Virus record (IMG/VR): IMGVR_UViG_2519899647_000001
From: an uncultured virus (IMG/VR IMGVR_UViG_2519899647_000001)
Lineage: Duplodnaviria; Heunggongvirae; Uroviricota; Caudoviricetes
DNA: 64,000 nt
Strand: one strand, 5' to 3'
The position numbers were made by a program, and so were the translations under genes. The notes beneath the pieces are model-generated. The model saw only the letters and a list, made by a program, of their open reading frames with translations. It was not told the origin of the DNA and made no database searches. Every line of letters starts with the position of its first letter. The first letter of the stretch is position 1. Positions 27,244-36,848 of the stretch are shown here, piece by piece.

Positions 27244-29169
27244 ATGAATACAGAATATAAATGTGTGACCACGGTGGACGGGATAGAGGATTACATCGGA
27301 GGCAGCCGTATTGTCGCTTTCGACTTCGAGACTGCTCCCGATGATCCGTACCGCGAGGAGGACAAGGCGGCTCTCGATCCCGCAAGGGCGCATATTGTCG
27401 GATGTTCCTTCTCCGTCAAGGAAGGTACGGGCATCTATGTTCCGATTGCCCATCGTGTCGGCACCAATATAGACAGGGATGCCTTTTTCGCATTTCTTAC
27501 GGCGTTCCTCATGAATACGACAACCATAAAGATTGCCCACAACATCGCCTTTGAATCTTCGATGGCGTATGCGAGAGGCATTGTGATCCAGGCTCCCGTG
27601 TATGACACGATATGCGCGTCACAGATGAGCCTTAAAAGCATATACGAGTTCCGCAAGCTGAACGAGAGCGGTCTGAAACGGCTGGCGGAGGAACTGTTTG
27701 GAGAACCGCTCCCTTCGTTTTCGAGCGTCACGGACGGAAAGCACTTTGATGAACTGGACGCGCAGGACGAGGAGACCGTCCGCTACGGTTCCGCTGACTC
27801 CGATTTTGCTCTTCGGCTCTATCACAAGTTCAACGACTGGTTCGACCGCTTCCTTCCGAAACACAGGTACATCGTGGAGGAGATCGAAAGCCCGACCGCC
27901 GTGTACCTCGGCATCATGAAAACAAACGGCATCCCGGTCAACCTCCCGCTCATGCGGGAGCGCAAGGCAGAGGCTGAAAACGAGATGGAACGCATCCGCA
28001 GGGAGATTGAGTTCATCATCGGCGATGTGAACATCGGCGCGAACTGCTCCACGCAGGCGTTCAAGAACTATCTGTATAAAGACCTGGGGCTGCCCATTTT
28101 GAAGACCACGGAAACCAACCGCGAGGCGGCTGACGATATGACGATGACGCTCCTCAAGGAGTGGTGCGATGAGAACCGTCCGGAACTGTCGGGGCTATTC
28201 ACGCTGGTGCAGGAGTACCGCAAGTGGGGCAAGATCAAGTCAACCTATATCGACGGGTACTTGAAATACTTAAATCCCGTGACAGGCTGCATCCATCCGG
28301 AACTGTTCGCTCTTTCAACGGATACGGGCAGGATGAACTGCCGCAATCCGAACGCACAGAATATGCCCAGGAAGACTAACGATCCTATCGGCGTCCGCAA
28401 TTTTATAAAAGCGCCGGAGGGATGCCTTATCCTCTCGCTTGACTTTTCGCAGATCGAACTGCGCGTGGGCGCGTTCTACTGCCGTGATGAGGTGATGATG
28501 GACACCTACCGCAAAAACGGCGATATCCACGCCGCCACGACCAGTGTCATTTTCGGCGTGAGCTACGAGGACGCCCAGGACAAGCATTCGGAAAATTATA
28601 AGGAACATAGGACGATTGCCAAGAACGTGAACTTCGGCACATTCTACGGGCTGTTCCCGCGAGGGCTGCAAAAGACGCTGAAGTTCAAGGCGGGGGTTGA
28701 AAAATCCGTGAGTGAGTGTGAGGAGATACTTTTCAACCTCAAGCACGGATACAAGGGCCTGACCGCGTGGCAGGAAGAGACGAAGGCAGAAGCCGCAAGG
28801 CGTATGTATTCCGAAACCTGGCTCGGACGGCGCAGGTACCTCCCCGGCATCACCTCGGATAATTGGGGACAGAAGTCGTTTGCGGAGCGGTGCGCTCTAA
28901 ACACGCCTATTCAGGGGACGGCTGCGGATATTCTGAAGCTTGCCATCACGAGGATACTTGCCGGACTGCCGGAGCGGGAATGGCTCAAGCCCATCCTTCA
29001 GATACACGATGAACTGACTTTCATTATCCCGGAGGACAGGCTGTCGGAAGCGGTGGCTTTTATCCGTGCCTGCATGGAAGAAAAGCCCTTCCCGGAGTTT
29101 GACCTTCCGCTGATTGCGGAAGCGTCCGCGGGACCGACCTTTGGAATGATGGAAGAACTGGAGGACTGA
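27244..29169 (+). CDS. family A DNA polymerase with 3'-5' exonuclease
   Basis: AFDFET, TGRMNCRNPNAQN, LDFSQIELR, RTIAKNVNFGTFYG, QIHDEL. Confidence 0.95.
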   Translation: MNTEYKCVTTVDGIEDYIGGSRIVAFDFETAPDDPYREEDKAALDPARAHIVGCSFSVKEGTGIYVPIAHRVGTNIDRDAFFAFLTAFLMNTTTIKIAHNIAFESSMAYARGIVIQAPVYDTICASQMSLKSIYEFRKLNESGLKRLAEELFGEPLPSFSSVTDGKHFDELDAQDEETVRYGSADSDFALRLYHKFNDWFDRFLPKHRYIVEEIESPTAVYLGIMKTNGIPVNLPLMRERKAEAENEMERIRREIEFIIGDVNIGANCSTQAFKNYLYKDLGLPILKTTETNREAADDMTMTLLKEWCDENRPELSGLFTLVQEYRKWGKIKSTYIDGYLKYLNPVTGCIHPELFALSTDTGRMNCRNPNAQNMPRKTNDPIGVRNFIKAPEGCLILSLDFSQIELRVGAFYCRDEVMMDTYRKNGDIHAATTSVIFGVSYEDAQDKHSENYKEHRTIAKNVNFGTFYGLFPRGLQKTLKFKAGVEKSVSECEEILFNLKHGYKGLTAWQEETKAEAARRMYSETWLGRRRYLPGITSDNWGQKSFAERCALNTPIQGTAADILKLAITRILAGLPEREWLKPILQIHDELTFIIPEDRLSEAVAFIRACMEEKPFPEFDLPLIAEASAGPTFGMMEELED

Positions 29170-29172
29170 TGT

Positions 29173-29592
29173 ATGTATAAAAACAGCGAAGGCTACGCCG
29201 ATCCGACCGCAGGGTCGGCGATGAGCCAGATAATGAAGGAATACCGGCAAAAGCAGAAAAAACGCTATGCCGACAAGAACCGCAGGAAGATATATGTGGC
29301 TTCCAGATACGCGGGCGATGTGGATACGAATGTCGCGGCGGCGATCACATACTGCCGCCGTGTGATAGACGAGGGCTATATGCCGGTGGCGAGCCATCTT
29401 CTGTATCCGCAGATACTTAACGATAACGATCCCAATGAACGGGATCTTGGCCTTCTGTTCGGACTTGCGCTCCTTCGGATGTGCGATGAGGTGTGGGTGT
29501 TCGGCGCTATATCGCCGGGTGTCGCACAGGAGATCGAGGAGGCAAAACGGCTGAAGAAGCAGATCAGATATTTTGAGGAGGTGGGCGCATGA
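29173..29592 (+). CDS. DUF4406 / nucleoside 2-deoxyribosyltransferase-like fold protein
   Basis: KIYVASRYAG...CDEVWVFG.ISPGVAQEIEEA. Confidence 0.65.
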   Translation: MYKNSEGYADPTAGSAMSQIMKEYRQKQKKRYADKNRRKIYVASRYAGDVDTNVAAAITYCRRVIDEGYMPVASHLLYPQILNDNDPNERDLGLLFGLALLRMCDEVWVFGAISPGVAQEIEEAKRLKKQIRYFEEVGA

Positions 29593-32078
29593 ACGTAACG
29601 GTGACCGATGTACTCGGTTCTCTCTTTAATCCGACCGATACCGTCTGCTTCCGCGTCTTTGACGATAAGAAGGGCGGCGTGTTCCAGGGTTCGAAGCTTT
29701 CCTGCGAATGCGGGAAGTACAAAAGCATAGAAGAAACGCTCAAGAACCACAATGCCATGAACCGCGGCATCTTCTTTGTGGTCAACTACGGCGGGCAGGA
29801 CGATGATTCCATTACGAGGATCAATGCGCAGTTCGTGGAAATGGACAACGACAGCTTTGACGAGCAGCAAAAAAAGATCGATGCGTTCCCGCTCCCTCCG
29901 TCCATGATTATGAAAACACAGAAATCCTACCATGTGTACTGGTTCATGGATTCGACCGCCAAGGTGGAGCGTTTCCGCATGATACAGACGCAGCTTGTAA
30001 AGCATTTTGACGGTGATCCGATGTGCGTGAATGAGTCGAGGGTCATGCGCCTTCCCGGTTTCATGCACTGCAAGAAGGACACTCCCGTGGAGGTGACCTG
30101 CGTCAGTTTCCATCCCGAACGCAAATACACGCAGGATCAGCTGTCGGACGTACTGCCGGAGGTCGACCTTGTACCCGTGGAGCGAAAGAGTGGCACGGAA
30201 AAGGGCATCGATCAGGTCATGCGATCGTGTGTTTTCATGCAGCATTGCCGCGATGACGCCGCGTCCCTTTCGGAGCATGACTGGTATGCCATGATAACGA
30301 ATCTTGCTCCCTTTGAGGGCGGCACGAAGATGATCCATGACCTGTCCGCTCCGTATCCCGGATATAGCGAGGGCAATACGCAGAAAAAGATTAACCATTT
30401 CCTTGAGAGCGGGACGAATCCCATCACCTGCAAGACCATCTGCGAAAAGGGCTTCAAGTGTCCGAAGTTCGCGGCCGGCGAATGCCCGGTGAAATCCCCT
30501 GCGGCGTGGTGCTATCAGCCGTTGTCCGCTGACGATCTTCTCGACATCCTGCACGGCATCCCCGTGACGGGCGAGGCGATAAAAGACCTGCAGGCCGCAA
30601 AGCAGTTCGTGTCGGATTATCTGTATAACCAGGACGTGGTGACCGCTGACGTTATCATCAATTCCGAAATCCGCGACCATTTCAAGCTGAAGGCATCGTT
30701 CTTAAAATCACTGAACCAGGTGTTTAAGGATGCAAGCAAGGCGTACCAGGCAAGCAAGAATGCAAAGAGAGCCAAGGCGGGTACGGCGATCCCTGACTGG
30801 TACGAGCCGACCGACAAGGGGCTGCGTTTCCTGCCCGGTGTGCTTGCGAAGGATATGTCGGACGGGCAGCAGGTGTTCTATGCAGCGGAGCAGCACTTCA
30901 GCTACCGCGGAGGCGTGTATGTCGAGATGTCCGAGATGGAAGCGCAGAGACTCGTGCAGGAGAAGATGCTGATCCGTGAGACTAAGATGTCGCAGATCGT
31001 TGACGCTGAGAAGCAGTGGCGGCTCCTTGTGCAGAGGGACATCCGTGAACTGAACGCAAATCCCTATATCATCAACGTCCGCAACGGCTTATATAACGTG
31101 TTGGAGGATACGCTGACGGAACACACGCCGGATTACTACTCTACGGTGCAGCTGAACGTGACCTACGACAAAAAAGCGGACTGCCCGCTGTTTAAGAAAT
31201 TCCTCATGGAGTCGATGGGCGGCGATATGGCACAGGTCGGTCTGATTCAAGAGATGCTTGGCTATTTCCTCATCCCGGTCAACTCGGCGCAGAAGTGCTT
31301 TGTTATTGTGGGAGTGGCATCAGCCGGGAAGTCGGTGCTGCTGCGCGTATTGAACGATGTGCTTCTCGGCAAGCAGAACGTGTCCAATGTATCCTGGCAG
31401 GCTCTGAACGAGCGGTTCAAGACGGCGGAGCTTTTCGGCAAGCTGGCTAACATCTTCGCCGACCTGCCTACGAAGAACATTGACGATAACGGCATATTCA
31501 AGGCTCTTGTAGGCGAGGACTATCTGACCGTGGAGAAAAAGAACAAGAATCCGTTCTCGTTCCAGTCGAGCGCAAGACTCCTGTTCTCCTGCAACAGTAT
31601 CCCGAAGAACTACGGCGATAAGTCGGAGGGCTTTTACCGCAGGCTCATCATCATACGGTTCAATCATACCGTGCCGCAGGACAAGCGCGATCCTGAACTG
31701 CTGGAGAAGTTCCGCATGGAAGCGGACGGCATTTTCCTGTTTGCTTTAGAAGGGCTGCGCAGGCTGATGAACAATCACTATGTGTTCTCCGAAACGCAGG
31801 TCAATGCGGACGAGCTGCAGCAGTACCGCGAGGAGTCGGATTCCGTGCTGTCGTTTGTGAAGGACTACTGTGAACTGGACGCTGAATATAGCGCCGGGTC
31901 CACGGAACTGTTCAACGCATATAAGGGGTACTGCGAGGAATGCGGCCTGAAACCGTACTCGCAGAAGAACTTCGTGCAGCAGATCACGGCGGCGTTCCCC
32001 GATGTGACACGGGACATCGACCGCATGGCGAAAAGACGCATTTTAATGGGGATAAGGCTCGGAGAGGTGCTGGGATGA
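29589..32078 (+). CDS. P4/D5-family primase-helicase
   Basis: FVEMD, YHVYW, SRVMRLPGF primase; Cys cluster; GVASAGKS SF3 helicase; FSCNSIP, FYRRLIII. Confidence 0.9.
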   Translation: MNVTVTDVLGSLFNPTDTVCFRVFDDKKGGVFQGSKLSCECGKYKSIEETLKNHNAMNRGIFFVVNYGGQDDDSITRINAQFVEMDNDSFDEQQKKIDAFPLPPSMIMKTQKSYHVYWFMDSTAKVERFRMIQTQLVKHFDGDPMCVNESRVMRLPGFMHCKKDTPVEVTCVSFHPERKYTQDQLSDVLPEVDLVPVERKSGTEKGIDQVMRSCVFMQHCRDDAASLSEHDWYAMITNLAPFEGGTKMIHDLSAPYPGYSEGNTQKKINHFLESGTNPITCKTICEKGFKCPKFAAGECPVKSPAAWCYQPLSADDLLDILHGIPVTGEAIKDLQAAKQFVSDYLYNQDVVTADVIINSEIRDHFKLKASFLKSLNQVFKDASKAYQASKNAKRAKAGTAIPDWYEPTDKGLRFLPGVLAKDMSDGQQVFYAAEQHFSYRGGVYVEMSEMEAQRLVQEKMLIRETKMSQIVDAEKQWRLLVQRDIRELNANPYIINVRNGLYNVLEDTLTEHTPDYYSTVQLNVTYDKKADCPLFKKFLMESMGGDMAQVGLIQEMLGYFLIPVNSAQKCFVIVGVASAGKSVLLRVLNDVLLGKQNVSNVSWQALNERFKTAELFGKLANIFADLPTKNIDDNGIFKALVGEDYLTVEKKNKNPFSFQSSARLLFSCNSIPKNYGDKSEGFYRRLIIIRFNHTVPQDKRDPELLEKFRMEADGIFLFALEGLRRLMNNHYVFSETQVNADELQQYREESDSVLSFVKDYCELDAEYSAGSTELFNAYKGYCEECGLKPYSQKNFVQQITAAFPDVTRDIDRMAKRRILMGIRLGEVLG

Positions 32079-32110
32079 TGAATCCCGGCAGCCTTTCCAC
32101 GAGCATCTTC

Positions 32111-32270
32111 GGAACACGAGAACACGTAGGAACACCAAAATGCTATCTCCCCATATATAATACACATATTTTTATATACCTTTAATTTCCACCACAAAAA
32201 ATATATGAAAATAGGATTTCTCGTGTTCCATGTGTTCCAAGCGTTGAAAATACGGAGGTTTTAGGAACAG
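32111..32270. repeat. ori-like element copy A (inverted GAACAC/GTGTTC iterons around an AT-rich core)
   Basis: GGAACACGAGAACACGTAGGAACAC...AT-rich...CGTGTTCCATGTGTTCC; similar copy at 60719. Confidence 0.75.
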
Positions 32271-32555
32271 ATGAAAGAAGCGGACATTGTAAAAGCAATC
32301 ATGAAGTACCTTAAGACCGTGCCGGGGTGCTTCTGCTGGAAAGAACACGGCGGTATGTACGGGACGGCGGGCATTCCCGATATCATTGCCTGCATTGGAG
32401 GACACTTCTTCGGATTTGAGGTAAAGACCGATAGCGGCAAGCCTACGAAGCTCCAGGAAGCGACAATCCGAAAAATCCTCGCAGCCGGCGGCACTGCCTT
32501 GGTGGTGCGCTCGGTGGATGAGGTGCGAACCGTGGTAAACGGCTCCCTGCACTGA
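32271..32555 (+). CDS. VRR-NUC domain nuclease
   Basis: GIPDII...FEVKT..GKPTKLQ. Confidence 0.9.
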   Translation: MKEADIVKAIMKYLKTVPGCFCWKEHGGMYGTAGIPDIIACIGGHFFGFEVKTDSGKPTKLQEATIRKILAAGGTALVVRSVDEVRTVVNGSLH

Positions 32556-32615
32556 TACAAAGATACATCGCTCCATTGCATCGATGCCTGATTCCGACAA
32601 AGGGAGGTATCGCAT

Positions 32616-32843
32616 ATGAGCGACATCACAAATTACGAGAACCTTGCAAATGCCATCATTCTGCAGGCTGTGAAGGATTACCGTGTGGCGCTTAAGTGCC
32701 TTAAGGTCAATCCGAGAAATAAAACGGCTTTTGCGGATAAGGAAGAAATCGAGAGGTTTTTCCGTTCCGGATGGTTCTCCGTATTAACGAGTGTTGACGG
32801 CGAGATGCTGATCCGCTCCCTGCAAATGGAGGTGGACGCATGA
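32616..32843 (+). CDS. phage hypothetical protein
   Basis: YENLANAIILQAVKDYR...ERFFRSGWF; RBS GGGAGGT. Confidence 0.75.
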   Translation: MSDITNYENLANAIILQAVKDYRVALKCLKVNPRNKTAFADKEEIERFFRSGWFSVLTSVDGEMLIRSLQMEVDA

Positions 32844-33253
32844 CCGCAAAAGAATATCTGAACCAGGCGCGGCACCTGGACGCACTCATTAACTGCCGCC
32901 TGCGTGAGATTGACTACTGGAGAGATTTATCGAGCAGCGTCTCAGGCACGAGATTTGACGGAATGCCGCACAGTCCCAACCGTCCGACAGACGCTCCCTT
33001 CGTCAGGTGTCTCGAAAAGATAGACGAGATTCAGCGGAGCGTGGAGGAAAAGGTGGCATACCTTATCAGGCTGCGTGACGAGATAAACGCACGGATTGAT
33101 ATGCTGGATAACCACGAGGAGCAGGTTCTTCTCCGCTACCGTTACATCGATGGATTCACCTGGGAAGAGATCGAAAGCATGATGAACGTGTCGGAAAGGA
33201 CTGCGTTCCGTATCCACGGCAACGCACTCGCTCATTTTCCTGTGCCGGATTGA
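32840..33253 (+). CDS. ArpU/RinA-like late transcription activator
   Basis: MTAKEYL...LLRYRYIDGFTWEEIESMMNVSERTAFRIHGNAL; last gene before packaging. Confidence 0.8.
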   Translation: MTAKEYLNQARHLDALINCRLREIDYWRDLSSSVSGTRFDGMPHSPNRPTDAPFVRCLEKIDEIQRSVEEKVAYLIRLRDEINARIDMLDNHEEQVLLRYRYIDGFTWEEIESMMNVSERTAFRIHGNALAHFPVPD

Positions 33254-33256
33254 AAG

Positions 33257-33318
33257 TTGGCAGTCTTTGGCAGTAAATGCCGGTGTTTGGCATACTTGAC
33301 CTATGGTATGATTACAAT
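33257..33318 (+). promoter_or_regulatory. putative late promoter with phased TTGGCAGT repeats
   Basis: copies at 33257, 33267, 33287; TACAAT at 33313. Confidence 0.55.
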
Positions 33319-33397
33319 AGCAAAATAGAGCAAGATGAGCCTCGGAGGAGTAATCCTTCCGGGGCTTTTCTTATGCCCGGAAAGCGAGGTGATTTGT

Positions 33398-33763
33398 ATG
33401 CCGAGGAGACCACAGCGCGGTTGCGCAGCAAGCGGCTGTCCACGGCTGGCTGTCGAGGGCGGTCAATACTGCGAGGAACATCAGAGACTCGCCGCACAGC
33501 AGTACAACAAACACACGCGCAGTCCCGACACGAACAAGAAGTACGGCAGGGCTTGGAAGAGAATCCGCGACCGCTATGCTGCGGCGCATCCCTTGTGTGA
33601 GATGTGCCTTAAGGAAGGACGGCTGACTCCCGTGGAGGAGGTACACCACATCCTTCCAATCTCACAGGGCGGCGATCATCGGGAAAGCAATCTGATGAGC
33701 CTTTGTCAGTCCTGCCACACCAAGATTCATCTTGAGATGGGCGACAGGCAGATCAGAAGCTGA
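33398..33763 (+). CDS. HNH endonuclease (packaging-associated)
   Basis: CEMC...EVHHILP...NLMSLCQSCH. Confidence 0.9.
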   Translation: MPRRPQRGCAASGCPRLAVEGGQYCEEHQRLAAQQYNKHTRSPDTNKKYGRAWKRIRDRYAAAHPLCEMCLKEGRLTPVEEVHHILPISQGGDHRESNLMSLCQSCHTKIHLEMGDRQIRS

Positions 33764-33840
33764 CCGGGAGGGGCGGTCAAAATCTCTACGGGTCCTTTAT
33801 GCGGACAGCGGCCTGGGGCTTCGTGTGCAAATTTTCGTAT
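33764..33840 (+). other. candidate cos region
   Basis: GC-rich gap (GGGAGGGGCGGTCAAAATCTCT) between HNH and terS, the usual cos position in HNH/terS phages. Confidence 0.4.
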
Positions 33841-33885
33841 TCAAACGGGGTATTAACCCGGCGAATGCAGATCGGAGGTGAGAAT

Positions 33886-34437
33886 GTGGCAAAAGACGGT
33901 ACCAACAGGGGCGGTCCCAGACCGGGAACGGGTCCGAAAAGGAAACCGCTCGTGGACAAAATACAGGACGGCACGGCAAAGGGAACGCTGGTGATGCCGG
34001 ATGATCTGCCGGAACCTGCGGATATCCAGGGCGAGGATGTTCCTCCCGTCAGGGACTATCTCAAAGCAAAGCAGAAAAACGGCAGCGACCTGTGTGCCGA
34101 GGAGATTTTCAGAGAGACGTGGCTGTGGCTCAAAGCCCGCGGCTGTGAAATGTTAGTAAACAACCAGCTTATAGAGCAGTATGCGATGAGCGTGGCGCGG
34201 TGGATTCAATGTGAGGAGGCCATATCCGAGTTTGGTTACCTCGCCAAGCATCCCACCACGGGGAACGCCATCGCATCGCCTTATGTGTCCATGAGCCGCG
34301 ACTACAAGAAACAGGTCAATGCGGACTGGTTCCAAATCTATCAAATCGTGCGTGAGAACTGCTCCGTGGAATATGACGGCGCAAGCCCACAGGACGATCT
34401 GATGGAGCGGCTGCTCCGCGCAAGGAACAGAAAATAA
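33886..34437 (+). CDS. terminase small subunit (P27 family)
   Basis: RGGPRPGTGPKRK, KHPTTGNAIASPYV; GTG start with GGAGGTG. Confidence 0.85.
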   Translation: MAKDGTNRGGPRPGTGPKRKPLVDKIQDGTAKGTLVMPDDLPEPADIQGEDVPPVRDYLKAKQKNGSDLCAEEIFRETWLWLKARGCEMLVNNQLIEQYAMSVARWIQCEEAISEFGYLAKHPTTGNAIASPYVSMSRDYKKQVNADWFQIYQIVRENCSVEYDGASPQDDLMERLLRARNRK

Positions 34438-34450
34438 AAGGAATGGAGAT

Positions 34451-35626
34451 ATGGACATGAAAACTTATAAGACAGCAGAAAGCGTATGCGCAGGACATCC
34501 CGACAAGCTGTGTGACTTCATCGCCGACAGCATCCTGGACACCTGCCTTTACAAAGACAAGTCCTCCCGCGTAGCCTGCGAGGTCATGGCGGCGGGAAGG
34601 CGTATCATCGTTGCGGGTGAGATCACCTGCTCGAAGCCCGTGGATATCCGTTACATCGTTCGCAGGGCATTGGAGAAGGTCGGATACAATCCTTACGGCT
34701 TTCTCATCTATGTGTTTATCCGAAAGCAGAGCTGCGATATCGCTGGCGGTGTGGATATGAGTATCGAAGCAAGGAACGGCGATACCTCCTGCTATGCCAA
34801 CCTGGGCGCGGGCGATCAGGGTACCGTTTACGGCTATGCCACGAATGAGACGAATGAGTATATTCCCCTGCCGCTCCTTCTTTCACACAAAATATGTAAA
34901 AGACTGGACACGGTAAGGCGCGACAACCTCATCCACGGCATTAAGCCGGACGGCAAGGCGCAGGTCACGGTGGAGTATGAGGACGGAAAGCCGAAGCGCA
35001 TAAAGACCATCGTGGTATCCGTTCAGCACGACAAGGATAAGGACCTGGATGTGTTAAAGAGCGAAATCATCGCCGAGGTGCTGCATCCCGTATTTACCAA
35101 GTTCCCGTTTGATGCCGATACAGAAATTCTCGTCAATCCCTCCGGCAGATTTGTGGAGGGCGGTCCCAAGGCTGACACGGGACTGACGGGCAGGAAACTG
35201 ATGGTGGATACCTACGGCGGACTCGGCGCTCATGGCGGCGGCGCGTTCTCCGGCAAGGACCCCACGAAGGTCGACCGCTCCGGCGCGTACATGGCAAGGT
35301 GTATCGCAAAGAACATCGTGTCCGCTGATTTGGCAAAGGAGTGCCAGGTCGCTATCAGCTACGCCATCGGAAAAGCCGATCCTGTGGCTGTGCAGATCGA
35401 TACGTTCGGAACGGGAAAGGTCAGCGATGAGGTAATTGCCAAGGCTGTGAACGATGTATTCAATATGCGTCCGGCGGCGATCATCAACGAGTTCTGCCTG
35501 CGGAACTGCTCCTTTGCGGACTACTCCGCATATGGGCATTTCGGAAATGGCTATCCCACCTGGGAACATACCGACAAATACAGAGAATTGAGGGAGGCGG
35601 TGAAGCGTTATGAAGACAACGAGTGA
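34451..35626 (+). CDS. metK: S-adenosylmethionine synthetase
   Basis: ESVCAGHPDK, GAGDQG, PDGKAQVT, GGGAFSGKDPTKVDRS. Confidence 0.95.
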   Translation: MDMKTYKTAESVCAGHPDKLCDFIADSILDTCLYKDKSSRVACEVMAAGRRIIVAGEITCSKPVDIRYIVRRALEKVGYNPYGFLIYVFIRKQSCDIAGGVDMSIEARNGDTSCYANLGAGDQGTVYGYATNETNEYIPLPLLLSHKICKRLDTVRRDNLIHGIKPDGKAQVTVEYEDGKPKRIKTIVVSVQHDKDKDLDVLKSEIIAEVLHPVFTKFPFDADTEILVNPSGRFVEGGPKADTGLTGRKLMVDTYGGLGAHGGGAFSGKDPTKVDRSGAYMARCIAKNIVSADLAKECQVAISYAIGKADPVAVQIDTFGTGKVSDEVIAKAVNDVFNMRPAAIINEFCLRNCSFADYSAYGHFGNGYPTWEHTDKYRELREAVKRYEDNE

Positions 35627-36848
35627 AATGCAACTCGTTCCGATTGGAAAACTCGTACCGTATGTGAATAACGCGCGTACCCACTCCCCGGAACAGATAA
35701 ACAAGCTGCGATCCTCCCTCCGGGAATTCGGCTTCATCAATCCCGTCATCATCGACCGTGACTTTGGCGTTATCGCCGGCCACGGTCGTATTCTTGCGGC
35801 GAAAGAGGAAGGCATAACGGAAGTACCGTGTGTCTTTGCCGACCATCTGACGGAAGCGCAGAAGAAAGCGTATATCATCGCCGACAACCGAATGGCGATG
35901 GATGCCGGATGGGACGAGGAACTTCTGCGCGTGGAGATCGAAGCTCTGCAGGCGGAGGCGTTCGACCTGTCCCTCACGGGCTTTGACGAAAAGGAACTGT
36001 CCGACCTGTTCAAGAGAGACGGGGATGTGCAGGAGGACGATTTTGATGTGGATGCGGAACTGGAAAAGCCCACATTCTCCAAGAGCGGCGATGTATGGAC
36101 GCTCGGAAGGCACAGGCTTGTATGCGGCGATTCCACGAAAGCGGAAACCTTCGACACGCTCATGCAGGGACGGAAGGCAAACCTTGTGGTGACCGATCCT
36201 CCGTATAACGTGAACTACGAAGGGACTGCCGGGAAGATCAAGAACGACAACCTTGCGGATGAGAAGTTTTATCAGTTCCTCTTCGATGCATTTTCCAATA
36301 TCGAAAAGGTCATGGCGGACGATGCGTCCATTTATGTGTTCCATGCGGATACCGAGGGGCTGAACTTCAGAAAGGCGTTCGCAGATGCGGGATTCTATCT
36401 TTCCGGCTGCTGCATCTGGAAGAAGCCGAGCCTGGTGCTTGGGAGAAGCCCGTACCAATGGCAGCATGAGCCTTGTCTGTACGGATGGAAGAAAAGCGGC
36501 AAGCACCAATGGTACGCCGACCGCAAGCAGACCACGATATGGGAATTTGAAAAGACCAAGAAGAACACGGATCATCCGACCATGAAGCCCATACCGCTCC
36601 TGGCGTACCCGATACAGAATTCTTCTATGAGCAACACGCTCGTCCTCGATCCGTTCGGCGGCAGCGGCTCCACGCTGATCGCCTGTGAGCAGACTGACAG
36701 GGACTGCTACACCATAGAACTGGACGAGAAATACTGCGATGTCATCGTGAAGCGGTACATCGAGCAGGCCGGCTCTGCGGACGGCGTTTCCGTGGAGAGG
36801 GACGGCAAGACATACACCTTCGCAGATCTGGAGGTGTCCGATGAATAA
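35610..36848 (+). CDS. ParB-like domain + N6/N4 DNA methyltransferase
   Basis: PYVNNARTH...AGHGR; TDPPY; HPTMKP; DPFGGSGST. Confidence 0.9.
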   Translation: MKTTSEMQLVPIGKLVPYVNNARTHSPEQINKLRSSLREFGFINPVIIDRDFGVIAGHGRILAAKEEGITEVPCVFADHLTEAQKKAYIIADNRMAMDAGWDEELLRVEIEALQAEAFDLSLTGFDEKELSDLFKRDGDVQEDDFDVDAELEKPTFSKSGDVWTLGRHRLVCGDSTKAETFDTLMQGRKANLVVTDPPYNVNYEGTAGKIKNDNLADEKFYQFLFDAFSNIEKVMADDASIYVFHADTEGLNFRKAFADAGFYLSGCCIWKKPSLVLGRSPYQWQHEPCLYGWKKSGKHQWYADRKQTTIWEFEKTKKNTDHPTMKPIPLLAYPIQNSSMSNTLVLDPFGGSGSTLIACEQTDRDCYTIELDEKYCDVIVKRYIEQAGSADGVSVERDGKTYTFADLEVSDE

